Assembly: GCF_000142905.1 (NCBI RefSeq)
Contig: NW_013657657.1
Coordinates: forward strand, 124,001-188,000
DNA from: Thecamonas trahens ATCC 50062
Lineage: Eukaryota; Protista; Apusomonadida
Direction of reading: 5' to 3'
DNA: 64,000 bases
Shown piece after piece: positions 42,775-51,258 of the stretch. The position numbers and the translations under genes are program-made. Numbering within the stretch: the stretch's first letter is position 1; each line of letters begins with the position of its first letter. Below the pieces are notes generated by a model. That model ran no database searches. It had not been told where the DNA came from and saw nothing but the letters and a program-made list of their open reading frames with translations.

Positions 42775-44430
42775 TCATTCACTCGGCAGCTTGGTGAGGA
42801 CAAACGAGTCGATGACGGCGCGCGAGTCGGCGGCGACAAACTCGAAGCGGAGCGAGGCCGGGCTCGCGTCGGGCGCCGAAAGCCACATCCGAGCGTAGCC
42901 GTAGACGGTGCCGTTGCGCGCGGCGGAAAAGGGAAGTGGCGGTGAGACAAAGGTCGGGGCGTGGCCCTCGATGTTGCCGGCCGCTCCGTTGACAATGTAC
43001 ACGGTGGCGTTGGGCGAGGCGTACGAGGTCGAGACAAGCTTGCCGTCGAGCGACGGATACGACCGCTCGTAAGCGTGCTGGTGCGACTGGAGAGCGAGAT
43101 CGACACCCGCGGCGTGCATGGCGGGCTCAAGCCACTCGCGGTAGAGCGGGGCGTGGCCAAAGCAGTCGGCCCAGTCGCCGTTGGAGGTCGACGAGCAGAG
43201 GAACGGCCGATGGCCGAGGGTGAAGCGCCAGGCGGCGGCGGCCGCAGCCGGTGAGGCCAGGTCGGCCTCAATCCATGCGTGCTGCGGCGTACCGGGCGCA
43301 AAGCCAAAGGTGCCGTCGGGCCAGATCGGGTCGTTGTTCGGGTAGTCGGTGGCGAGAACGGTGATGTGCAGGAAACCAAGATCGAGCGAGTAGTAAAGCG
43401 GCGGCTCGCCGGGCCCGTCAAAGGGAAAGACTTTGAGGTACGGCTCAAACTTGTACGGGCAATCGTGGTTGCCTGGCGAGTACACCGCCGGCAGATATGC
43501 CAAAACGCGCTCCATGCGCCGCAGATACTCGTCGAGCAGCGGCAGCGAGCCGTCCATGTAGCTGATGTCGCCGTTGAACAGCAACGCGTCCCACTCACCG
43601 GTGGCCACCTCGTCGGCCAGCGCCGCCATGGTAGGCGCCGAGTGCAGGATGCCCATGTCGCCGATAAACAGCAGTGCCATTCCTCGGGCCGTCGCGCTGC
43701 GCGCGCCCGGCACCCGAAAGTGAAAGACCGGCGAGAAGCGGCCGGGCGCGCCGACCTTGTAGTACACCCGAGCCCCGGGCGGGAGATGGGCCATGACGCC
43801 GGTGTACAACCAGCCCTTCCACCCGCCAGAGCTATGCGTGTAGCGGGTGGCAGACACTGTGGAGCCGAGATCGGCTGGCGAGAGACCCCAGGCAATGACA
43901 GCGGCATCGATGGGCGGCAAGGTGGCCCAGGTGGCGCGGATGCCCATGGCGCCGCTGCCGTTGTGCAGCGGCTGCAGGCTGAGATGGACCTGCTCCGGAA
44001 GGCCTCCCGGCTGGCAGCACGCATACTCGCAGACCTTGACTTCTGCGCAGATGACGGTGGCAAACGAGGCCTCGTTGGCCCATCCCCAGATCGCGCCATC
44101 GAGGGCGGCAGCCAGATCGTCGCAAAGTCTGTGGAGCTCGCCTAGGAGCTTGCCGCAGAGTGCGTCGAGCTCGCGAGTGGCGTCATCACGGGTGGCGTTG
44201 TCCAGCAGGCGAGCGGCAAAGGTGTCGACCAGCGCCAGACACACATCACACTCGCTCGACGTGTTCGACGCCTGCTGCGCGCCAATGGACGAGTCGATGC
44301 CGCCCAGGGCCAACCGGAGCGCGTCGTCGGCCGGCACGACAACGGGAGCAGCGGCGAGGAGTGGAGCGAGGACAGAGAGGGCGACGGCCATGGCAATAGT
44401 AGCCAAGGCCAGCATAGATGTCCGCAACAT
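42775..44430 (-). CDS. Secreted saposin-B + purple acid phosphatase fusion
   Basis: Signal peptide; six-Cys saposin (CDVC...LC...LC...IC..VKVC); FN3-like PAP N-domain (PEQVHLSL); metal motifs GDMG, GDISY, GNHD, GH, SHQHAYER. Confidence 0.88.
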   Translation of the reverse strand: MLRTSMLALATIAMAVALSVLAPLLAAAPVVVPADDALRLALGGIDSSIGAQQASNTSSECDVCLALVDTFAARLLDNATRDDATRELDALCGKLLGELHRLCDDLAAALDGAIWGWANEASFATVICAEVKVCEYACCQPGGLPEQVHLSLQPLHNGSGAMGIRATWATLPPIDAAVIAWGLSPADLGSTVSATRYTHSSGGWKGWLYTGVMAHLPPGARVYYKVGAPGRFSPVFHFRVPGARSATARGMALLFIGDMGILHSAPTMAALADEVATGEWDALLFNGDISYMDGSLPLLDEYLRRMERVLAYLPAVYSPGNHDCPYKFEPYLKVFPFDGPGEPPLYYSLDLGFLHITVLATDYPNNDPIWPDGTFGFAPGTPQHAWIEADLASPAAAAAAWRFTLGHRPFLCSSTSNGDWADCFGHAPLYREWLEPAMHAAGVDLALQSHQHAYERSYPSLDGKLVSTSYASPNATVYIVNGAAGNIEGHAPTFVSPPLPFSAARNGTVYGYARMWLSAPDASPASLRFEFVAADSRAVIDSFVLTKLPSE

Positions 44431-44780
44431 TGGAGGTGGGAAAGGGGGGAGAGGGATTGGCCATGTTGTGACTGACTTTGCTGTGTGGCGGCGGCATGCG
44501 GCGGGCTGGCCAATTTGGTGGGTGGTGGTTGGCACTGCCACCTCGACCAGGTTGGGAGTCCTTGAGGGGAGGGGGGGAGGGAGGGACTGCTTGGCCACCG
44601 CCAGCCACCAATTGGCAGAAAAAGGACCAACCTCTGCCACGGCTACGACCAGGCGACGGCCACCACTCGGACGACGACAACGGCGACCTGGGTAGACCTC
44701 ACCCCACACCTCACCCCACCCCCACCCCACCCCACTCCATCCCCCCCCCCCCCCCCCCCCCCCTCCCATACACACATACC

Positions 44781-45024
44781 ATGGGAGGCTCTGCGTCTGT
44801 GATTGCGCCCGAGCAGGTGGCCGAGCTGAAGGAGGCGACGGGCTTCTCGCAGAAAGAGATCAAGCGGCTGCACAAGCGGTTCAAGAAGCTCGACCGGAAC
44901 GATGACGGACGGATCAACGTGGACGAGTTCAAGCGCATTCCCGAGCTGCAGACCAACCCGCTGCTCGAACGCATTGTCGAGCTGTTTGACGTCGATGAGG
45001 ACGCATACGTCAACTTTGATGACT
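44781..45024 (+). CDS. Calcineurin B-like EF-hand protein (3' part lost in gap)
   Basis: MGGSAS myristoylation site; FSQKEIKRLHKRFKKLDRNDDG; IPELQTNPLLERIVELFDVD. Confidence 0.88.
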
Positions 45025-45480
45025 NNNNNNNNNNNNNNNNNNNNNNNNNNNNNNNNNNNNNNNNNNNNNNNNNNNNNNNNNNNNNNNNNNNNNNNNNNNN
45101 NNNNNNNNNNNNNNNNNNNNNNNNNNNNNNNNNNNNNNNNNNNNNNNNNNNNNNNNNNNNNNNNNNNNNNNNNNNNNNNNNNNNNNNNNNNNNNNNNNNN
45201 NNNNNNNNNNNNNNNNNNNNNNNNNNNNNNNNNNNNNNNNNNNNNNNNNNNNNNNNNNNNNNNNNNNNNNNNNNNNNNNNNNNNNNNNNNNNNNNNNNNN
45301 NNNNNNNNNNNNNNNNNNNNNNNNNNNNNNNNNNNNNNNNNNNNNNNNNNNNNNNNNNNNNNNNNNNNNNNNNNNNNNNNNNNNNNNNNNNNNNNNNNNN
45401 NNNNNNNNNNNNNNNNNNNNNNNNNNNNNNNNNNNNNNNNNNNNNNNNNNNNNNNNNNNNNNNNNNNNNNNNNNNNNNNN
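45025..45480. other. Assembly gap
   Basis: N run. Confidence 1.
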
Positions 45481-45528
45481 ACCACCCCCACCCAACCCCC
45501 CACCCCACCCCACCCCCCACCCCCACCC

Positions 45529-48500
45529 ATGTTGCTCTCCCTTTCAGCTACAGGTGGTGAGAGCACTGAGCTCGCCCTACCATTGTGCGCGTACTCGGGC
45601 ATGCCGCGGTCGCCAGGAGCCCGGCCCGTGACGCTCGAGCCGCCCGGGCTGCTCTGCGGCGTATGCCGGACCGATCTCATCACAGGCGGTCCGCAGTCGA
45701 CACTGGAGGAGTTGGAGCGGCCGCCGTGCTCGTGCTCGCGCTGGTCGTCGGCATACGCTGTCTTGCTCGACACTCCGCCCAAGTATGCCGCCCTTCCAAC
45801 AGGCATCCTCGAGTCGCTGCCACGGCTGACTACCCTCGCCCTGGCTGGCCTCCATCTGGCAGAGATCCCGGCGTCCATCGCCTCGTGTCCGAACCTCATC
45901 CATCTCGACGTTTCACGCAACGCCCTCACCACTCTTCCGCCCGAAATCATCACCTTGACAAAGCTCCTCGTCCTGCGCGCAGACGCCAACGATCTTAGCG
46001 AGCTGCCGGCTGGCCTCGGAACCTTGACCTCGCTGCTGGAACTCTCGCTCTCCGACAACCGCTTTGCCCGAGTCCCGCCGCAAATTCGCGCCCTCACCTC
46101 GCTGCGCAAGCTCAATCTGGCCCAGAACACCATCGAGTTGCCGCTTCTACCCGATGATGACGACGCGCTTGCCGCGCAGGTCGAGCTCGACGTCGCCGCT
46201 GCGCTCGCGGCTGCAGCTGACGAGGCAGCCGCGAGCTCGGGGCTAGATCCGCCAACCGAGGCCCTCTTTCCGCCGTCGCTCGAGGTCCTGGACCTCTCGC
46301 TCAACAACATCTCGGTCGTCCGCCTCTCAACCCCCTGGGCCGACGCCCTGCCTGCGCTCCTCAAGCTCAACCTCTCGCACAACGTCGGCATCGAGACCGT
46401 GGCGCCGCTCTTCCCGCCACCGCCGCAGCTCAGCATCCTTCTTCTCGCCGGCACGTCCATCCCATGGTTTCCCGGCCAGCTCGCGTGCGCACTGCCCAAT
46501 CTCCGTGCTCTTGACCTGGCCAAGACCCCGCTCACGATCTTGCCTCGCGCCGCGCTGGCTCTCATCTCACTCAAAGAGCTCTCGTTCCAGGACGTCATGC
46601 TCCACACCTCGGGCGAGGTCTCGCTCGACTTTAGCATGATCTTCCTGTTCCAGGCCACCGCCGCCTGCCCGCATCCGCTTCTTGTCAGCGCCCTTCTCGA
46701 GTTCTGCGTCTTTGCACGCGATCAGCTCCACTTTAATGTTGTCCGTGCCGGTGTTGGGCCTGCTCTTGTGGCCATTCTGCACACCGCCGCCGAGAATGAC
46801 GCCGCCACACCGCAGACTGTCATCGCAAGGACGCTCGAGCTGGTCCTCTCGCTCGTAGATAAGGAGACGTCCAAGGTCCAGCTACTGCACGATGGCCTCG
46901 CCGGTGCCCTCCTCGCCGTCCTCCTCGCTTCCAAGCCGTCATCACAGCTCGTCTCACTCGTTGGCATAACTGCCGCCCGAATCGCCGAAACCTCTGCGCC
47001 GCTGACCCGCCACACCCTCCTCTCGGCCAAGTACGGCGGTCCGCAGCTGCTGCGCGCACTCGAAAGCCGAGAGGCCACCGCGACCTGGGCCCACGAGCTC
47101 AACGCCTCGCTCACTACGCCGGTCATCGAGGCCGGCGTTCTCCTCGTTCAGCCAGTCAAGGCCATGCAGATATCCGGCTCCAATGGGTCGCGGCCGTACG
47201 CGCCTTACGTCTGGCTCAAGGTCTTTGAGGCTGCGGTCTCGTCAAAGTCCGATTACACCGGCGGACACAACCCGTCATGGAAGCCGCCGTCTTCGGGCTT
47301 CCGCTTCGGCATCGCCGTTACCGTCCCTCACGCCGCCACACTCCAAGTTCGCATGTACGACTACCGCCTGGCTTCGCGCGACATTCCGCTCGGCATTGGC
47401 TTTGTTGAGCTTGGCCCACTGCTCTCGGGCGAGCCGGCCGAGGTATGGATCAAGCTCGTGTCGGGTACCGCGCCGCCAGACCTGGAACAAGTCCGTGCTG
47501 CTGCCGCCGCATCCACAGCCGCGAGCTCGACGGCTGCCGTAGGCGCTGGCGGCGAGTCAGGCGAAGCTGACGAGCGCGCCACGTCGCCGGTCAACACCAC
47601 TACGGCCTCGCTCGGCGCGGCGACGCCTGTCTCGGACCGGCTCCCGCCGGCGCCGTCGATGCACTCGCTCGTCGATGGCGTGGCCCACTCGTCGCCGCCG
47701 CTGTACTCTTCTGCAGCAGCGGCGCAGGTGACGCCGTCCAAGCTCAAGCTCATTGTTCAGTTTGTGCCTCTCTCCCGCGCTGCGCTCGATGCGCTGCCGA
47801 CAAAGGATAAGCCCAAGCCGAGCGCCGGCGCCTGGAAGCTGCATCCGGTGCCGAAACGCGCCGAGATCGCGGCTCTGGTTGAAGCTGAGACCGCAGCGGC
47901 AAGCGCAGGTGCCGACGCGGCGGGCGCGGTCCCTGCGTCGCCAGCCCAACCACTTTTTGGACGCTTTCCCTCTCTCGGCGACGCGCTCGGCGGCGACGTG
48001 CGGATGTATGACAAGATCTACCTGGCGCTTGACGCCGCCAATGCGGTGTACTACGGCGACTCGGCCGATCGATTCATCCACCAGGACATGCTCCATGCGG
48101 TTCAGTTTTCAACGAGGGCGTCGTCGCAGCGGTACGCGCTCGTCGATACGGTACTTGCCGGCGAGCGGATGCTAGTGGTCGCCTTTATGGGCACGTACTC
48201 GCCGGCCGACGTTGTGGCTGATCTCGATCTTGGCGCCGCGCCACTGCTTCACGGCCGAGTCCATCGCGGCATCTTCCGCCGGGCATGCTCCATTCCACTC
48301 CTCAACCTCGCAGCGCTGCTTCGGCAGCGACTGCGGCTGCGGCACCGCCGGGTGGTGCTCACCGGGCACTCGCTCGGCGGCGGCGTCGCCGTCCTCACCT
48401 TTCTTCGACTCGCCACCGAGGCGGGGCTTACCAAGGCCGAGCTCGAGCGAGTCTCAGTCGTTACCTTTGGCCAGCCGCTGGTTGGCGACTCTGCGCTGGC

Positions 48501-51156
48501 GGATTGGATGCGTGAGACAGGGCTGGCGGCGCGGGTGACTGCAGTTGTCAACGCCGGTGACCTTGTGGCATCGATCACGCTCGCGTCTCCGCAAGTCGCC
48601 GCTGAGTATCTGCTGGCGTCAACGGCGGCGCAGCTCAAGGCCAAGGACGCATCAGAGGCGCTGGTGGATTCGATGGTCTCGTCGCTCTCGGCGCGGTTGG
48701 CACCGGCGTTTGTCGAGTTTGCGCCGGTCGGGACGTACTACGTCGTCGCGCCCGACGCGGTTGAAGCGCTCGTGGACCCGCGGGCAATCGAAGATGCGCT
48801 TGCGCTCCCCTCGCATCTCACCCGCCACCATCTCGACCAGCACGGCCTGCCGCAATACTTTGACACGCTGTTTGCGCTCCGCGGCGGTGTCGATCCGGCG
48901 GTGTCGACCTCGCGCGCGATGCGGTGGGTCACCTTTGACGCTGCCCGCGGATCGGGCTCACCGCTCTCGCCCGGGCCAGTTGGCACAGCCACACAGCGCG
49001 ACGGAGCAGGGGCACCTGCTGCGACGCCTACAGCCGCGGCAGTCGACCACAGCGCCGGCGGCTTTGAGTCGCTCATTGACGCCGAGTTTGTGGACGTCGA
49101 CATCGACGGAGCGACGAAGCGCAAGTCAGGCGGCGCGAGTGCCAGCAAGAACAGCACGGCGTCTGCCGTTGCACGCGACGCGATGGACGCGCCGTTTGCG
49201 CCCACAATTTTCAAGGTCCGGACCAAGTTTGACGTCTTTGCGCGTGTCATCGAGGTCCAACTGGTCGGCAGCCGGCTCTCGGGCCTGACCAAAGTCAAGT
49301 TCCGCGGGGCGGGGCTCGAGTACCCGCTGCTGGCGTGTAGCGAGACCCATGCGCGGTTCCGAATTGCAACGGTGCCCGAGGTGCCGTCGGCCAACTGGGC
49401 GGCGCTGACGCTGCGTGCCATCTCGCACTTTGGCGAAGCGCGGGCGCGGCTTGCGCTCGGCGCGTACGTCAACTCGATGTTCTACGCAGCAGACCTTGCG
49501 GCACGCGAACCGCGGCCGCAGCTCCACAATCGGGTGGGCGACGGCCGTGAGCTTCCAGGCATTTCGCTCGCAGTGTCTGCCGAGGGCGTGCGGCGAGCCG
49601 TTCATGCGCTTGTGGCGGCGCTCGAAGATCGCGATGTGTTTGAAGGCCTTGTGCGGTCGTACGTGTTCTCGGACATGTTCCAAGAGCAGCTGGCCGAAGC
49701 ATCGGACATTGAGATGCTCCCGTCGATTGTCAATGTGGCGGCGGTGACCCTGCCTCGGCCGAGGGTGGAGCTCGACGCGGAGCGCAATGTGGTCCGGGTC
49801 GGGTTTGGCGGCATCAACATCAAGCTCGAAGTCGGCTTTGCGCGGCTCAAGCTCTCGCAGTATCTCGAGTATGCCGAGGTTGGAGCCGAGATCGAGCTGG
49901 TTAACCTCCACGGCTCATTCTCGCTGGCGGTTGGGGCCGGCGCCGACGGCCGACAGGCGTCTGCAGCAGCGTACACGGTCGACCTCGACGACCTGGAGGT
50001 CAAGCTTGGAGCCGAGCTGTTTGGCAGCGACGGGCAGCAACTAACGTTCAAGGAGAAGTGGGGCTACTCGGCGTCACTCTTCCGGCTCTTTACCGGCTCG
50101 ATGCGCGGGCTGTTCTTGTGGATCCTCGGCGGCGCCTCGCTCAAGTCGTTCCTCAAGTCGGAGCTAGAAAACGTGCTAGTCGATTCGTCGACGGCGCGGA
50201 TGCAGTACGGTGACTCACACGCGCTGCTGGTGGATTACTCTTTGACAGCGCCGCCCGAGCTGCTGCCTGACATGGGCGAGAGCGAGGGACAGGCGGCCAA
50301 GTTTGCGACGGCGCACGCCGGACGCATTGTGCTTGAGGGTTTTGAGGCTGACGCCGCGTACGATGCCGTTGCTGCGCCGCTGCCGTTTGATGGCATGCTG
50401 GCACGGGTGCATACACACGACGTGATTGTCTGCATTTCGCCGTACATGCTCAACACGGCGCTAGTCTCGGCCTACCTTGCCGGCTGGCTCGGAGTCCGAG
50501 TCCTCGAGCACGAGGTTCCGCCTGAGCTGCGGCAGCTACTCGCAGCCGATCTCGGCGAAGGCGTGCCATTTTGGCTGCGAATTACTGCGACGGCGCCGCC
50601 TACAATAGTACTCTCGCGCGGGCTGGTCAAGCTTGTGGCGTCATCGCGGCTAGAGGTGCACGTGGACGAGTCGGGCGCCGCCGTGCGCGAGGCCGACATC
50701 CCGTTTGCGGCGGCGGTCGATGTCAGCTCGCTGAGCGTGAGTGCGTCGGGTCTGGAGGGACTCGATGCACTCAACCTTGTCGACGCCCAGGGCAAGGGCT
50801 TTGCCAAGGCGCTGGCGGCGGTTTCTGCCGAGTGGGCTAGCGGGCTTCGTGAGGTCTACGCCGCCAAGGTGGTGCCTGCGTTCTCGCGGACGCTGGCATC
50901 GTCTGGCGTCGGATCGCTCAAGGTTGTGCAGAGTCTGCCGCGGACCGAAGGCCGCGTCTATGTCGACGAGACGTGCGTGTGCGTCACGTTTGAGGTCCCG
51001 GACTTTGTACTCGACGAGGCGCAGATCACAGAGCTCAAGACGTACCTCAAGGCGCAGACTGCGGCGATTGACTCGGGCGCGGCGGTCGATACCGGCCTCA
51101 ATTGGCTCGAGTCGCACGTGCTTTCGTTCATGCGGCGGCCGCCGGTGGGAGAGTGA
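45529..51156 (+). CDS. LRR - ARM - C2 - class 3 lipase - BPI/LBP-like multidomain protein
   Basis: LRRs ~45790-46600; C2 ~47130-47460; lipase motifs VAFMGT, VHRGIF, TGHSLGG, TFGQPLVGD, NAGDLV; BPI/LBP-like PGISLAVSAEG, VDYSLTAPP, ISPYMLNTA. Confidence 0.8.
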   Translation: MLLSLSATGGESTELALPLCAYSGMPRSPGARPVTLEPPGLLCGVCRTDLITGGPQSTLEELERPPCSCSRWSSAYAVLLDTPPKYAALPTGILESLPRLTTLALAGLHLAEIPASIASCPNLIHLDVSRNALTTLPPEIITLTKLLVLRADANDLSELPAGLGTLTSLLELSLSDNRFARVPPQIRALTSLRKLNLAQNTIELPLLPDDDDALAAQVELDVAAALAAAADEAAASSGLDPPTEALFPPSLEVLDLSLNNISVVRLSTPWADALPALLKLNLSHNVGIETVAPLFPPPPQLSILLLAGTSIPWFPGQLACALPNLRALDLAKTPLTILPRAALALISLKELSFQDVMLHTSGEVSLDFSMIFLFQATAACPHPLLVSALLEFCVFARDQLHFNVVRAGVGPALVAILHTAAENDAATPQTVIARTLELVLSLVDKETSKVQLLHDGLAGALLAVLLASKPSSQLVSLVGITAARIAETSAPLTRHTLLSAKYGGPQLLRALESREATATWAHELNASLTTPVIEAGVLLVQPVKAMQISGSNGSRPYAPYVWLKVFEAAVSSKSDYTGGHNPSWKPPSSGFRFGIAVTVPHAATLQVRMYDYRLASRDIPLGIGFVELGPLLSGEPAEVWIKLVSGTAPPDLEQVRAAAAASTAASSTAAVGAGGESGEADERATSPVNTTTASLGAATPVSDRLPPAPSMHSLVDGVAHSSPPLYSSAAAAQVTPSKLKLIVQFVPLSRAALDALPTKDKPKPSAGAWKLHPVPKRAEIAALVEAETAAASAGADAAGAVPASPAQPLFGRFPSLGDALGGDVRMYDKIYLALDAANAVYYGDSADRFIHQDMLHAVQFSTRASSQRYALVDTVLAGERMLVVAFMGTYSPADVVADLDLGAAPLLHGRVHRGIFRRACSIPLLNLAALLRQRLRLRHRRVVLTGHSLGGGVAVLTFLRLATEAGLTKAELERVSVVTFGQPLVGDSALADWMRETGLAARVTAVVNAGDLVASITLASPQVAAEYLLASTAAQLKAKDASEALVDSMVSSLSARLAPAFVEFAPVGTYYVVAPDAVEALVDPRAIEDALALPSHLTRHHLDQHGLPQYFDTLFALRGGVDPAVSTSRAMRWVTFDAARGSGSPLSPGPVGTATQRDGAGAPAATPTAAAVDHSAGGFESLIDAEFVDVDIDGATKRKSGGASASKNSTASAVARDAMDAPFAPTIFKVRTKFDVFARVIEVQLVGSRLSGLTKVKFRGAGLEYPLLACSETHARFRIATVPEVPSANWAALTLRAISHFGEARARLALGAYVNSMFYAADLAAREPRPQLHNRVGDGRELPGISLAVSAEGVRRAVHALVAALEDRDVFEGLVRSYVFSDMFQEQLAEASDIEMLPSIVNVAAVTLPRPRVELDAERNVVRVGFGGINIKLEVGFARLKLSQYLEYAEVGAEIELVNLHGSFSLAVGAGADGRQASAAAYTVDLDDLEVKLGAELFGSDGQQLTFKEKWGYSASLFRLFTGSMRGLFLWILGGASLKSFLKSELENVLVDSSTARMQYGDSHALLVDYSLTAPPELLPDMGESEGQAAKFATAHAGRIVLEGFEADAAYDAVAAPLPFDGMLARVHTHDVIVCISPYMLNTALVSAYLAGWLGVRVLEHEVPPELRQLLAADLGEGVPFWLRITATAPPTIVLSRGLVKLVASSRLEVHVDESGAAVREADIPFAAAVDVSSLSVSASGLEGLDALNLVDAQGKGFAKALAAVSAEWASGLREVYAAKVVPAFSRTLASSGVGSLKVVQSLPRTEGRVYVDETCVCVTFEVPDFVLDEAQITELKTYLKAQTAAIDSGAAVDTGLNWLESHVLSFMRRPPVGE

Positions 51157-51258
51157 AACATCGAACGACCATGACCTTGCACAAGTACATTTGTTGTGGC
51201 ACACAGGGTAGGGTAGAGTAGGGTAGGGTAGCTAGGTAGGTAGTTAGAAGAGACCTCA

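Noticed and set aside
44902-45528. 2084-aa ORF starting before the gap
   Set aside because: Artefact of translating through Ns; the pre-gap part is an off-frame read of calcineurin B
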